NCBI GenBank assembly: GCA_965262715.1
Contig: OZ253553.1
Span: 2,144,001 to 2,208,000 of the forward strand
Source of the DNA: Bdellovibrionales bacterium
GTDB lineage: Bacteria > Bdellovibrionota > Bdellovibrionia > Bdellovibrionales > JAUICD01
DNA: 64,000 nucleotides
Direction of reading: 5' to 3'
Every line of letters starts with the position of its first letter. The stretch's first letter is position 1. Shown here in pieces: positions 1 through 10,975 of this stretch. Below the pieces are notes generated by a model. It was not told where the DNA came from. It did not search any database and worked only from the letters and a program-made list of their open reading frames with translations. The translations under genes were made by a program, and so were the position numbers.

Positions 1-264
1 AAAGAAGATCTTATTCGATTTGACGACGATGAAGATGGCAGTTTTGAATTTGAAGGTGATAAATACTGGCTTGAAGATTCAGATGCTGCTGTATTTTACC
101 GTTATAGTAATGATAAGGAAGCTGAAAAATTATATTATTGGGATTTTGAAACAGAAGATAGTAAAAAATACATTGGCATTGAAAAATGGTCTGACAATTC
201 ATACGATGTCACTTATAGCGAGCCTATTAAGTCTTCTCAAGTGACTGTTTACACATTAGAATAA
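1..264 (+). CDS. 3' end of a DUF4178-like protein (partial)
   Basis: Frame 1 is open from base 1 (KEDLIRFDDDEDGSFEFEGDKYWLEDSD...YYWDFETEDSKKYIGIEKW...TVYTLE*) to TAA at 262-264. It precedes DUF350, as in the known DUF4178-DUF350-spermidine synthase clusters. Confidence 0.6.
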   Translation, partial: KEDLIRFDDDEDGSFEFEGDKYWLEDSDAAVFYRYSNDKEAEKLYYWDFETEDSKKYIGIEKWSDNSYDVTYSEPIKSSQVTVYTLE

Positions 265-279
265 ACATAAAGAGAGTTC

Positions 280-1140
280 ATGATTGATTTTAGTAGTGAG
301 TTTATTTCAGGAATTATCTTTTTAGCTTTAAGCGTCTTTTTATTTATCATTTCTAAGTACGTTAAAGATATTCTAACACCTTATCAGCTAAGAAGACAAT
401 TAGACACCAAACAAAATGTTGCAGTTGCAATAAGTCTTGCAGGCTATTTAATGGCTGTTGTGATTATTCTTCTAGGGGCATTTTTAAGCCCTTCAGAAAG
501 TCTTTTAGGTGATATTTTGGAGTTTATTCAATATGCAGTTCTTGGAATTGCTCTTCTTAATATATCTCGCATCATTAATGATAAATTCCTTTTAAGAAAA
601 TTTTGTAATGTTAAGGAGTTAGTTGATGATCAAAATGCAGGTGCTGGTGCTGTAGAGTTTGGCTCTTATATTGCCTCAGGTCTTGTAATTGCAGGCTCTA
701 TTCATGGACAGGGAGGTGGCTTGCACACAGCTTTAGCCTTTTTTATTTTAAGTCAAGGAGCATTAATCGCTTTTGCATTTCTTTATAATTTTATCACTCC
801 ATTTGACGTTCAAGATGAAATTGAAAAAGACAATATAGCCGCTGGCGTGGCCTTTGGAGGCACTTTAGTGGCTTTAGGCATTATTCTATTAAAAGGAACT
901 GTAGGTGACTTTATTAGCTGGCAATACAACCTAACAAACTTTTTAGTTAGTGTCATTTCTAGTCTGATCTTTTTCCCAATTATTAGACTTCTATTAGATA
1001 AGCTGCTTATTCCGAAAATTGACTTAAATCATGCAATAGCACAGGACAAAAACCTTGCCATTGGAATTCTTGAGATGACAGTTGCTGTTTCTTTTGCTGT
1101 GATTATTTACTTTTCAATTGATTTTGATCTATATTTTTAA
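280..1140 (+). CDS. DUF350 family membrane protein (tandem domains)
   Basis: Repeated hydrophobic units with N.A.A/G motifs (KQNVAVAI, DQNAGAGA, KDNIAAGV, DKNLAIGI). Confidence 0.8.
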   Translation: MIDFSSEFISGIIFLALSVFLFIISKYVKDILTPYQLRRQLDTKQNVAVAISLAGYLMAVVIILLGAFLSPSESLLGDILEFIQYAVLGIALLNISRIINDKFLLRKFCNVKELVDDQNAGAGAVEFGSYIASGLVIAGSIHGQGGGLHTALAFFILSQGALIAFAFLYNFITPFDVQDEIEKDNIAAGVAFGGTLVALGIILLKGTVGDFISWQYNLTNFLVSVISSLIFFPIIRLLLDKLLIPKIDLNHAIAQDKNLAIGILEMTVAVSFAVIIYFSIDFDLYF

Positions 1141-1734
1141 AATTTGAGCATTTGCAATCACTAAATCTTTTTCGATAAAAGCAATGCCATTCCCTTTATA
1201 GTCTTTTGCTTGAAAGCAAAAACTATATGCATCACTTTGTAACAAGTTCCAATCAAAAATACAAATATGACTTATAAAAAGAGAGTCATTACCTGGAGGT
1301 ATGCACTTAAAGGAAGCCTCTTTGGCCACCCATAAAAGAGCATTTACTGGAGCTTGCTGCACTTCTTCTACTTGAGAGAGACGATCTATCAAACCAGGTT
1401 TTACTCGTACAATTTGTTCAATATCAAGTCCTACAGAAATATTAAGCTTAAGAGAAAAAATGAATCCTCCTAAGATTTTACAGTGAGAAATAGAAATAGA
1501 AGCAAGATCAGCCCAAGGTCGCTTTCCAGGCATTAAAAGCTTTTTTCTGTCTGCTCCAAGATGAACAACCTTTTCTAGATGATTTGACAATATTTTCCTT
1601 AATTTTAAGCGTTCTTGCCAAGTGGGCCGATCAAAAAAATGGAAATAACAATAGGGGCAGCTACCCCAATACATAAGGTTGATCTGTCTAAATTTATCTA
1701 TTATCTTTTTTGTTCTACACAATAAATCTTTCAA
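1129..1734 (-). CDS. 4'-phosphopantetheinyl transferase superfamily protein
   Basis: SISISH, VGLDIE and WVAKEASFK motifs; start codon uncertain. Confidence 0.8.
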   Translation of the reverse strand: MKDLLCRTKKIIDKFRQINLMYWGSCPYCYFHFFDRPTWQERLKLRKILSNHLEKVVHLGADRKKLLMPGKRPWADLASISISHCKILGGFIFSLKLNISVGLDIEQIVRVKPGLIDRLSQVEEVQQAPVNALLWVAKEASFKCIPPGNDSLFISHICIFDWNLLQSDAYSFCFQAKDYKGNGIAFIEKDLVIANAQILKI

Positions 1735-1829
1735 AATATTCCCTTATAATAGCTATTTATGGGTTTTAACACTTATAAGTTGATTTTTCACCAAAAAGAT
1801 TTTTTACTGACTCTTGCAAAAACAACAAG

Positions 1830-2504
1830 ATGAACTATGATTTAAGAATGCCAAAAAAAGAAAATCAAGACCAAAAAAAGCCATCTAACAATACCACAAA
1901 GATTATAGGGATTCTTATCGCTTTTTCAATGCTCTGTTTTATCACATCATGCTTTATGAATATGAATACAGATTCAGTTATAAAAGAAAGTATCCCTATA
2001 ACAGGCGGTGAAATTGGGCCTATTGAAGTGAGCAAAGACTATTCTGTTTACAATGTGCATGTTGAAAAATATCTTAACAATAATTCATGGAGTTTTATTG
2101 GAGGGGATGTCTTAGACCAGGATAAAAATTACCTTTTTGGATTTGGTAAGGAGCTTTGGAAAGAGTCAGGCTTTGATTCTGACGGACGATGGGCAGAACA
2201 AGACACAGATATGAACATTAAAATTACATTTAACAAGGCTGGTATTTATTATCTTAGATTCAATGACGAGTCAAGCAATACAGCTACTTCAACAACCAGT
2301 AGTTTTAATTCTCAATCTAATCGCTTATCAGGCTTGCAGGTGACAGTATCGCCTAAACTTGGTAGTTCTTTAATACATTTTATCTTAGGATGTATTGCAC
2401 TCATAACTGGAGTTGGTTTATTTTTATTTAGTCAACTTACAGCTAAAGAAAATTCATATAACTTAACTAATAGAAACTCTAGGAATAATTTTTATGACTT
2501 TTAA
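1830..2504 (+). CDS. hypothetical membrane protein of the spermidine-synthase cluster
   Basis: Two TM segments flanking a soluble domain; overlaps the next ORF. Confidence 0.6.
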   Translation: MNYDLRMPKKENQDQKKPSNNTTKIIGILIAFSMLCFITSCFMNMNTDSVIKESIPITGGEIGPIEVSKDYSVYNVHVEKYLNNNSWSFIGGDVLDQDKNYLFGFGKELWKESGFDSDGRWAEQDTDMNIKITFNKAGIYYLRFNDESSNTATSTTSSFNSQSNRLSGLQVTVSPKLGSSLIHFILGCIALITGVGLFLFSQLTAKENSYNLTNRNSRNNFYDF

Positions 2505-2757
2505 AAAAAATAAGATCTCCAAAAATGAAAAAGGTAGCGCAGTAATTATATTATTGATTGTAATGTTCATTTTTATCTATTTTTCAGCCTTTTCCTGTAG
2601 CCGTAGAGGCTGGGGTTACCCAGGTTACTATGGCTATCACTATGGGCCATCTTTGTGGTATTGGGGTAGTCCCTACACTTATAATAGGCCAAGTGTTCGT
2701 TCCGGAAGTGTTGGTGGTCCTCGTCATCGCGGTGGGGGTTTAGGTGGTGGAAAGTAA
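2494..2757 (+). CDS. small membrane protein with Gly-rich C-terminus
   Basis: TM helix then SVRSGSVGGPRHRGGGLGGGK; overlaps both neighbours. Confidence 0.65.
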   Translation: MTFKKNKISKNEKGSAVIILLIVMFIFIYFSAFSCSRRGWGYPGYYGYHYGPSLWYWGSPYTYNRPSVRSGSVGGPRHRGGGLGGGK

Positions 2758-4288
2758 ATCCCAAAACAAAATTCAAAAGTTTGAATCCATTGTCTTACTT
2801 TTAACTGTATTCATAGTAGGCCTATGCACAATTGTTTATGAACTTCTTATCGGAAGTGTCTCTTCTTATTTTTTAGGTGACAGCATCACTCAATTTTCTA
2901 TCACCATTGGTCTTTCTATGACAGCTATGGGAGTTGGAACTTTACTCTCACGTTATATTGAAAATAATCTGATCCGTTATTTCATCTTTGTTGAATTTGC
3001 GCTTGGTTTTATTGGAGGGCTTAGTGTTCCTATTTTATTTGTAGCTTACACACACACTTCAATATATTACCCGATCATGGTTTCTATGATTATGATAATT
3101 GGAATTTTAATAGGACTTGAAATTCCTTTGCTAACTAGAATTATGGAATATTCTTACTCTTTAAGAATAAACATTTCAAATGTTCTTTCTTTAGATTATT
3201 TAGGAGCACTGGTAGCCACTATTTTATTTCCTTTTTTTCTTCTGCCTTTTTTTGGAATTTTCAAAAGCTCTATCATAACGGGAGGAATCAACCTGTTAGT
3301 TGGTATTTTTAATCTCTATTACTTCCAACATCAACTTAGAATTAGAAACATTAAAGCTCTTCGTTTTATAAGCGCAAGCATAATCACAATTATGATTGGG
3401 CTTTTTATATTTTCTCAATTTTTGATCAATGCATGGGAAACCACAATTTATGAGGATAGAGTTATTTTTTCTCATCAATCTAGATATCAAAAAATCGTGC
3501 TGACAAAAAACAAAGAAGATATCAGGTTATATCTTGACGGCAGCCTTCAGTTTTCATCTATTGACGAATATCGCTACCATGAAGCATTAGCACATATCCC
3601 TCTCTCTTTAACACCTTATCGAGAATCTATCTTGATCCTAGGAGGTGGAGATGGCCTTCTTGCAAGACAGTTATTAAAATATTCAGATATCCAAACTATT
3701 ACAGTAGTTGATATGGACAAAGAGGTTACAAGGATTGCAAAAAAGCATCCTCTTCTATTAGAAATCAATCAAAACAGTTTAAATAACAAAAAAGTTAATG
3801 TGATCAATAATGATGCTTTTAAATATTTAGAAAGCACTTCTCAATACTATGATATTATCTTAGCTGATCTACCTGATCCTAAGAATACAAGTTTATCTAG
3901 ATTGTATAGTCGAGAATTTTTTAAATTGATCAAAAAACGTTTAAGTAAACAGGGAATTTTTGTCACGCAATCAACAAGTCCTTTTTTTGCTAAGAAAGCT
4001 TTCTGGTGTATTCATGAATCCATTAAATCTGCTGGATTTCATTTTGTAAAACCTTATCATGCTTACGTGCCATCTATGGGAGATTGGGGTTTTGTTATGG
4101 CTGCAAACAGATATTTAGATATTGATAATATGAATTTAGATGTACCTACACAATTTTTAAGTGCTACTGAGATAAAAACTTTATTTTATTTTCCAAAAGA
4201 TTTAATTTTAAATCAGGTTTTGTCAAGTTCTCTTAGCCGTCCAAATGTGTTAAATTATTATTTGGAAGGCTGGAAGCATTGGCATTAA
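2744..4288 (+). CDS. speE: membrane-bound polyamine aminopropyltransferase (spermidine synthase)
   Basis: N-terminal TM domain; LQFSSIDEYRYHE, LILGGGDG and ADLPDP motifs. Confidence 0.92.
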   Translation: MVESKSQNKIQKFESIVLLLTVFIVGLCTIVYELLIGSVSSYFLGDSITQFSITIGLSMTAMGVGTLLSRYIENNLIRYFIFVEFALGFIGGLSVPILFVAYTHTSIYYPIMVSMIMIIGILIGLEIPLLTRIMEYSYSLRINISNVLSLDYLGALVATILFPFFLLPFFGIFKSSIITGGINLLVGIFNLYYFQHQLRIRNIKALRFISASIITIMIGLFIFSQFLINAWETTIYEDRVIFSHQSRYQKIVLTKNKEDIRLYLDGSLQFSSIDEYRYHEALAHIPLSLTPYRESILILGGGDGLLARQLLKYSDIQTITVVDMDKEVTRIAKKHPLLLEINQNSLNNKKVNVINNDAFKYLESTSQYYDIILADLPDPKNTSLSRLYSREFFKLIKKRLSKQGIFVTQSTSPFFAKKAFWCIHESIKSAGFHFVKPYHAYVPSMGDWGFVMAANRYLDIDNMNLDVPTQFLSATEIKTLFYFPKDLILNQVLSSSLSRPNVLNYYLEGWKHWH

Positions 4289-4640
4289 CAAAAGTATAAC
4301 AACTTATATTTCTATTGAAATGATGAATCTCACATTATATAACTTTTAAAAATATATAATATTTTATAGCAATAAGAAGTACCTTATAATGACTATCTAA
4401 GTTTTTAAGCTATTTTTAAGATTTTTTAAGTAATCTATAGTTTTCACATTAAATGCCAGATACCTAGACATAAAACCTTTTTTATGCGCATTCTCTTAAT
4501 AAAAACTTCTTCATAATAAAAGCCATCTAGTTGATTACTTTATTTCTTTATTTCTAGACAGATAAGTCCTAGTCTATTCATAAACCCTAAATTTTTATAA
4601 TATGGGTTTTATCTATCTATCAAAAACTAACGGTGATTTT

Positions 4641-4874
4641 ATGAAAAATATAAAGTTTAAGAGAATTTACTTAATAGAACTTATTATTGCTGTTACTATT
4701 TCTGTCGCAATAGTCAGCATCTTTTCGTTTAAATATCTTACACAAGTCCATAGACAATATATAAGGCATAGTAAAATGTTTATTGAAACTCATCAAAGAA
4801 TTGACCTCCTTGAAGAACAATTAAAAGAAGGGTGTCTAAAGTATCATAAGAATATTAATCCAACTGAATTATAA
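4641..4874 (+). CDS. small protein with degenerate prepilin-like N-terminus
   Basis: KFKRIYLIELIIAVTISVAIV resembles G-F-x-L-I-E-L but lacks the Gly/Phe cleavage site. Confidence 0.4.
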   Translation: MKNIKFKRIYLIELIIAVTISVAIVSIFSFKYLTQVHRQYIRHSKMFIETHQRIDLLEEQLKEGCLKYHKNINPTEL

Positions 4875-4880
4875 ATAAGA

Positions 4881-4972
4881 ATCCACCCATCTATTAAAAT
4901 AATGATCCTGAGGTTTGCCCTGTACAAACAAAGCTTTACCTAGATAAAGTAAATGTAAATGCAGCTTTATAA
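4881..4972 (+). pseudogene. remnant of the C-terminus of a paralogue of the 24669..25614 gene
   Basis: Reads NNDPEVCPVQTKLYLDKVNVNAAL* versus NNDPNACSVQTRLYLDETNAAL* in the 24669 ORF, with clear nucleotide similarity. Confidence 0.75.
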
Positions 4973-5380
4973 TAAACCTCTAAGACCTTACCTCAAAAAG
5001 GGAGAAAACACCTCTTTTTAACACTATCCATCATAAAAGCTCTTTTAATAACGATGTGAAGTATAAAATATTTTTAGATTGATATTCTCAAAAATAGCAC
5101 ACTTTTAATGTTTTTTCTTGCATATTTTATGTCTTCTTGAAAGACTAGCTTGTTTTAAATACTCTCTGTGAAACACTCAATCAGAAGCACTTCCACTATG
5201 TATTATTTAAGAATTATTTTAATCCTAATAGTACACCAATTTTAAAAATATCTATAATCATAAAAAGTTGCGTTTATAATTTGAACTTATGTTATAATGA
5301 TATGAATTTAGTTTGACATATCTATGTAAAAGTTAAGACCATTAAAGTAACAGTTTAAATCCATATCTTCTTGATTAAAT

Positions 5381-6196
5381 ATGAACCAGCTTTTTTACAA
5401 AGATATAAGATGTATTCAGATTTCCTTCATGGGAGTTCTTTTTAGCTATGGTGTCTTAGTATTTGATTTCTCTCTCCTATGGACACAAGTAGTTATGACA
5501 TTTATTACTGGTCTTATAACTCAGTTTTTTTGGATAAAGAAATTCAATTTAAAAATAAACAGTCTTTTAAGTGCTATGATCACTTGCTTAAGCCTTGCTC
5601 TTTTATTAAGAAGCTATAATTTGTGGATACATCCTCTAGCAGCCTTTATTGCCATTAATTCAAAATTTATGATTCAATATAAAAGACAACATCTCTTTAA
5701 TCCATCTGCTTTTGGAATTTTTATTGTCTTATTATTAGAAGGAGCTTGGCTCTCTCCTGGGCAGTGGGGATCTAATGTGTCTTTAGCTATATGGATGGTT
5801 GCTTTTGGGTGCCTTATTGCTAGCCGAGTTCATCGTATGGATACAGCTTGGTTATTTTTAGTATTCTATTTAGGAGGACTTTTGATGCGAAATACATACT
5901 TAGGTTATGAAATGCCAGTTTTTTATCATACAGCTTCAAATGGTTCCCTGCTATTGTTTGCTTTTTTTATGATCTCCGATCCTAAGACTTCCCCAAATCA
6001 CTTCATAGGTAAAACACTATTTACCCTTTTAGTGGCTTTCACTGCTCTTATTTGTAATTACTATTTTTATATACAAAATGGCTTAATTTATTCCTTAGTA
6101 TTTTGGTCTTGTTTTATTCCTTTTTTAAACTATCAATTCTATGCAAGTCCTTTTCAGTGGAAAATAGAAAAAGAAAGCAATAAAGTTTTAACTTAA
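5381..6196 (+). CDS. RnfD/NqrB-like integral membrane protein
   Basis: HLFNPSAFG and FFMISDPKTSP motifs; paired with DUF2330. Confidence 0.8.
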   Translation: MNQLFYKDIRCIQISFMGVLFSYGVLVFDFSLLWTQVVMTFITGLITQFFWIKKFNLKINSLLSAMITCLSLALLLRSYNLWIHPLAAFIAINSKFMIQYKRQHLFNPSAFGIFIVLLLEGAWLSPGQWGSNVSLAIWMVAFGCLIASRVHRMDTAWLFLVFYLGGLLMRNTYLGYEMPVFYHTASNGSLLLFAFFMISDPKTSPNHFIGKTLFTLLVAFTALICNYYFYIQNGLIYSLVFWSCFIPFLNYQFYASPFQWKIEKESNKVLT

Positions 6197-6219
6197 AAGA
6201 AATATTTCTAGGAGGAAAA

Positions 6220-7569
6220 ATGAGAAGGTCTTATATTTTGATAATCTATCTACTCTTATCTGTTAATAAATCTTATGGCTTCTGTGGTTTTTATGTAGCT
6301 AAAGGAGATTCAAGTCTTTTTAATAAGGCTTCTCAAGTGGTTTTAGTACGAAATGAAAATAAAACAGTCATAAGTATGCTCAATGATTATGAAGGATCTT
6401 TTAAAGAGTTTGCATTGGTGGTTCCTGTTCCCTCTATTTTGAAAAAAGAGCAAGTTAATGTTGGTAATAACAAGCTCTTTGAAAGGATCGATGCTTTTAC
6501 AGCTCCTAGGCTCGTTGAATATTTTGATAAAGACCCCTGTGTCACCCCAATAGTACTTAGAGCTGCTAAAAGAGCTAGAGGGGGAAGATCCGCTAGGAAG
6601 AACAAGTCTAAAAAAAGATCCTTAGGTGTCACAGTTGAAGAAAAATTTACAGTTGGAGAATATGATATTGTTATTTTATCAGCAAAAGAATCCCAAGGCT
6701 TAGAAACGTGGCTGACAACAAATAAATATAAAATTCCCAAAGGAGCTCATAAAGCACTTGCGCCTTATATTGCACAAAAAATGAAATTTTTTGTAGCTAA
6801 GGTCAACCTTGGACAACAAGCCAAAACAGGCTTAACTCATTTAAGACCTATCCAGTTTGCTTTTGAGTCAGAAAGATTTATGCTACCTATCCGTTTAGGA
6901 ATGCTAAATGCTAAAGGATACCAAGACTTATTTGTTTATGTATTAAGTAAAAAAGGGCGCGTAGAAACCACAAATTATCGGACAATAAAAATCCCGACAG
7001 ATATAGATATTCCAGTTTATGTTAAAAATAAATTCTCTGACTTTTACAAAGCACTTTTTGAGACACAAGTAAAAAAAGAAAGAATGAAAGCTATCTTCAC
7101 AGAATATTTTTGGGATATGGGTTGGTGTGATCCTTGTGCTGCTAATCCTTTAACTCAAAAAGAATTAAGACAATTAGGTGTTTTTTGGATTAACAAAAAT
7201 ACAAATCCATCTCATTTTTCTAATCCTGGTCCTTTTAGAAGAGGAGGTCAAGCTCAACCAGTTAAAGTCACTCGTCTTCACCTTCGTTATGACCATAAGA
7301 CTTTTCCAGAAGATCTGATGTTCCATGAAACAGATGATAAAAAGAATTTTCAGGGACGTTATATACTCCGACATCCATGGAAAGGGTCCTTACAATGTGA
7401 AGCAGCTCAAAGATATGTTGAAAATCTTCCCTATCGCCAAGAAAAAGAGGCTCAAAATTTAGCTCAACTCACAGGATGGGGTATCAGCGAAATCAGAAAG
7501 AATATTGACTTTTCTGCTCCTCCCTCTAAAAAACCTAAACATCCTTGGTGGAAAGATCTATGGGAATGA
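6220..7569 (+). CDS. DUF2330 domain protein (exported)
   Basis: Signal peptide, FCGFYVA, APRLVEYFDKDPC, WCDPC; AGGAGG RBS. Confidence 0.85.
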   Translation: MRRSYILIIYLLLSVNKSYGFCGFYVAKGDSSLFNKASQVVLVRNENKTVISMLNDYEGSFKEFALVVPVPSILKKEQVNVGNNKLFERIDAFTAPRLVEYFDKDPCVTPIVLRAAKRARGGRSARKNKSKKRSLGVTVEEKFTVGEYDIVILSAKESQGLETWLTTNKYKIPKGAHKALAPYIAQKMKFFVAKVNLGQQAKTGLTHLRPIQFAFESERFMLPIRLGMLNAKGYQDLFVYVLSKKGRVETTNYRTIKIPTDIDIPVYVKNKFSDFYKALFETQVKKERMKAIFTEYFWDMGWCDPCAANPLTQKELRQLGVFWINKNTNPSHFSNPGPFRRGGQAQPVKVTRLHLRYDHKTFPEDLMFHETDDKKNFQGRYILRHPWKGSLQCEAAQRYVENLPYRQEKEAQNLAQLTGWGISEIRKNIDFSAPPSKKPKHPWWKDLWE

Positions 7570-8050
7570 TTCAATATATCAAACAAAGTGCTGATGACAT
7601 TTTCTAAATATTTTTACTTTGCAAACATAAGCTTAATTAGAAGTTATTATCAAGGAGCTTGTTGTTCTTCGGCAAGTTGTTGAAGTTTTTGTTTAACAAA
7701 TCTCTCATGACTATTTTCATCATAGTGTGAATCATCATAATCATAAAACCTATCTATTGAAAATAACTCTGACTAAAGGTGTTAAAGTTTCACAAAATTT
7801 AATACAAGTAATATTTTAGCAAGCTGACTAAATAACAGAAGATAGAAAAGGAACTCTCTATAAAAGGTATTACAAGCTCACGTGTTTGTAATATAAATAT
7901 TCTTAAAGAGGAATTTTAACTAAAAACACTTTTTTATGGCTTTATAGTTAGAAAATATTTATTTTAGATTGTGCAATCAGGTAGTTTTTTATATAGTAAG
8001 TGATGTAATAATAGACATCTTTAACCCATTCACCATTAACCAAAAATAAA

Positions 8051-8608
8051 ATGAACCTATTAGATCAAATATTGAATTATAACAAAAGTTGGGCGAAGGA
8101 AAAGCAAGATACAAACGGCTTTCTAACACAAAATCAACACCCTTCATGCTTATGGATTGGCTGCTCTGACAGTCGTGTGCCAGAATCTATCATTTGCGGG
8201 ATGGATAGTCAGATATTTGTTCATAGAAATATTGCTAACCTTATAGCAAAAGATGATCATAATTGCTTAGCTGTTATTGAATATGCTGTTGATATCTTAC
8301 ATGTACCCCATATCATTGTATGTGGACATTACGACTGTAAAGGAATACAGATGGCAATGAACTCTAATAACGTGGATAAAGGTAACCATTTAAATATATG
8401 GATTAACAATATAAAACATATCCTTGATGGTTGTTCAAATCATAAAGATATAGTGAAAAAGAATGTTTTATATCAATTAGACACTTTAGCCAGTTTACCT
8501 GTTGTACAAAAAGCCAGACAACGTGACCATCAATTAAGTCTACATGGTTTGGTTTATGACCCTCACACAAGATTACTTAAAACTATTGATGCTTTAAAAT
8601 ATCTGTGA
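8051..8608 (+). CDS. can: beta-class carbonic anhydrase
   Basis: WIGCSDSRVP, FVHRNIAN and VCGHYDC zinc ligands. Confidence 0.93.
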   Translation: MNLLDQILNYNKSWAKEKQDTNGFLTQNQHPSCLWIGCSDSRVPESIICGMDSQIFVHRNIANLIAKDDHNCLAVIEYAVDILHVPHIIVCGHYDCKGIQMAMNSNNVDKGNHLNIWINNIKHILDGCSNHKDIVKKNVLYQLDTLASLPVVQKARQRDHQLSLHGLVYDPHTRLLKTIDALKYL

Positions 8609-8915
8609 AAGCTTACTGCTAAGTGTGCTAGTTGCAAAAGAAAGTTAAGCAATTACAATAAGTTATAATAATAAAGAAAATAATCAAAAGTTGTAACAAG
8701 CAAAAATTGAAATATATAAGCTGCTTATGCATTATAATATAGATAAAGAAAAGCCTTCATAATAAGTATTTTGTTATTGAATTTCTCTAAAATATATGTA
8801 ATTATAGCTCTTCTACTTTTTTATAAAAAAGATAGATCACTCAATATGAAATGAAGTCGAGGAATTATTAACAAATTAAAATTACGAAGTTTCTATACAA
8901 TATGAAGGTGTCATC

Positions 8916-10379
8916 GTGAATAAAAAAATAATAGGTATGGGAGTTAAACATTTTTATTTTAGAGATGAACAAGTAAGCCTTTATTCATCAAGTGATAATG
9001 TATCCTTAATAGATGGAGATATGATTTTATTCTCCCCAAAGTTTTTTAACTATCCCCGTATCAATCAAAACCAGTTTGATGGAGAGCAATTACTGACAAA
9101 AGATCAATCTGCTCTTTTTCGAGATGAATTTCAGTACTGGCAAATTGAAATGGAAATTGCAATTAAAAAAAAGAAAACTATTTTTGTTTTTTGTGAACAA
9201 CCAAAAAGATTTTATTTTTATTCAGAATCTCTTATATGTCCCGATTTCTTCATTGGCTCTCTTCTTCTTTTAGATTTACCATACTTAAAGAGATACCGCC
9301 TTGTTTCAGGAAAAGAAATTAAATATCACAACAAAAATACTATCTTAAAACCTCTTTGGGAAAATTTTCACAAATACTTCTGGCATAAAATAGCTTTTCA
9401 AAAAAAACATTTTTCAGAGAATGTGTATTTTGTTCCAAAAACTTTTAATCCAAAAAATGAAGAATCAGAAGTATTTGGTGGAATTATTCGCACATCCTAT
9501 GGCGGATTTGTAGTTGTTCTTCCTGCAATTAATTTCAAACATCCAGACTTTGTAAGCGAACTTCAACATTCAAAAACTGGCATACAAAACATGTATGATG
9601 AAGAAAAGTTACTAGATCTTTCACATCAACTCATACAACATATCATTCAAATAGACTATACACTTAAAAGCTACTATACTTTAACTCCTGCTCCTGCATG
9701 GTCTAGTCAAGATGAATTTAAAATAAATACTGCTTCTAAAATAGAAAAAGACATAAGCAATTTACAAACTAAAATACAAAAATTAGATCAAAATAGAACC
9801 CATCTTGAAAAACGCTTAGAGAGGGAAAAAATACCTCATAGACTTCTTTTTGAAAATGGCAAACCTCTTAGAGAAGCTGTTATAAATTGCTTGAAGTTAA
9901 TCGGATTTAATAATACCTCATGTTATGATAAACAAGTTCAATTTGATGTGATATGCAAATCCGAAGAAGGGACATGTTTAGGTGAGGTTGAAGGTAAAGA
10001 TAATAAAGCTGTTGATGTAAATAAAATTTCTCAATTAACAAAAATGCTTAAAGATTATATTGAAAATAAAAAAGTAAAAACACCGTTAAAGGGAGTGATC
10101 TTTGGAAACGGATATCGATTTGAAGAACCAAATAAGAGACCAAATCAATTTACCAATGAGTGCATCAAAACTGCTAAACAACAAAATATCTCTCTTGTCT
10201 GTACAACAGACTTATTTTATATATCACAATATTTAAAAAATCATTTAGACATTAGCTTTGCAACCAAGTGCAGGCAAGTTATCTTATCAGCTAAAGGAAT
10301 GGTTTCATTTGAGTCTATTTTTAAACAAAGATCCTCTGATCAAAAACTATCTCCCACTTCTAAAAACCCTCTTATTTAA
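8916..10379 (+). CDS. hypothetical protein with coiled coil and C-terminal PD-(D/E)xK-like nuclease domain
   Basis: FDVICK...LGEVEGKD motif after a heptad-rich segment. Confidence 0.55.
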   Translation: MNKKIIGMGVKHFYFRDEQVSLYSSSDNVSLIDGDMILFSPKFFNYPRINQNQFDGEQLLTKDQSALFRDEFQYWQIEMEIAIKKKKTIFVFCEQPKRFYFYSESLICPDFFIGSLLLLDLPYLKRYRLVSGKEIKYHNKNTILKPLWENFHKYFWHKIAFQKKHFSENVYFVPKTFNPKNEESEVFGGIIRTSYGGFVVVLPAINFKHPDFVSELQHSKTGIQNMYDEEKLLDLSHQLIQHIIQIDYTLKSYYTLTPAPAWSSQDEFKINTASKIEKDISNLQTKIQKLDQNRTHLEKRLEREKIPHRLLFENGKPLREAVINCLKLIGFNNTSCYDKQVQFDVICKSEEGTCLGEVEGKDNKAVDVNKISQLTKMLKDYIENKKVKTPLKGVIFGNGYRFEEPNKRPNQFTNECIKTAKQQNISLVCTTDLFYISQYLKNHLDISFATKCRQVILSAKGMVSFESIFKQRSSDQKLSPTSKNPLI

Positions 10380-10431
10380 TAGTGTAAGTGAATTTAAAAC
10401 TTTAAGAGGAAGATGTTATTATAAATATTGA

Positions 10432-10923
10432 TTAAGCAGACACTTTTAATGAAACACATTTATGAAAAAATTTCTGTAGAGGCACTTTTAAATCAATGTG
10501 TTGAGAAAAAATCTTATAAGTCACATCACATAAGTCATTAAGTTCTCTTAACAATGTAGTTTTAATAGGAGCTTGTTCCCATATTGCAAAAAACACAGGG
10601 GCTTTGTTTGCCTTAAAAATATTGTAGGCTAATTCAAAAGCACTACTTTCACTCAAAGCTGTTCTTATAACAATAAATGCCTCTGCTTGATCTATCAAAT
10701 TTAATCTATAGTCACGGAAGTTTTTAGGTGTAAATTCTTTTTTCTGATCTTGCTCAAAAAACTGTTTAAAAGAATCTTGTGACTGTGCCTTAAGAGGTGT
10801 AAGAAATCTCAGTGGTAAATTTTGTTTTAGATCAGATAAAGTATCCATTACACTTTGAATTCGACAACAATCTTCTTTACTAGATTGAGTAAATGGTTGA
10901 CGTACAAAAACATTAACATTCAT
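10432..10923 (-). CDS. nucleoside 2-deoxyribosyltransferase-like protein
   Basis: VFVRQPF...LIDQAEAFIVI...SESSAFELAY pattern of the NDT fold. Confidence 0.55.
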   Translation of the reverse strand: MNVNVFVRQPFTQSSKEDCCRIQSVMDTLSDLKQNLPLRFLTPLKAQSQDSFKQFFEQDQKKEFTPKNFRDYRLNLIDQAEAFIVIRTALSESSAFELAYNIFKANKAPVFFAIWEQAPIKTTLLRELNDLCDVTYKIFSQHIDLKVPLQKFFHKCVSLKVSA

Positions 10924-10975
10924 AAACACTCTCTTGAACAAAAATTTATGATTTTTAAAATATTACTAAAATAAT

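Noticed and set aside
11..244. ORFs 11..202(-) and 20..244(+)
   Set aside because: Frame 1 (1..264) is open from the window edge and gives the plausible protein
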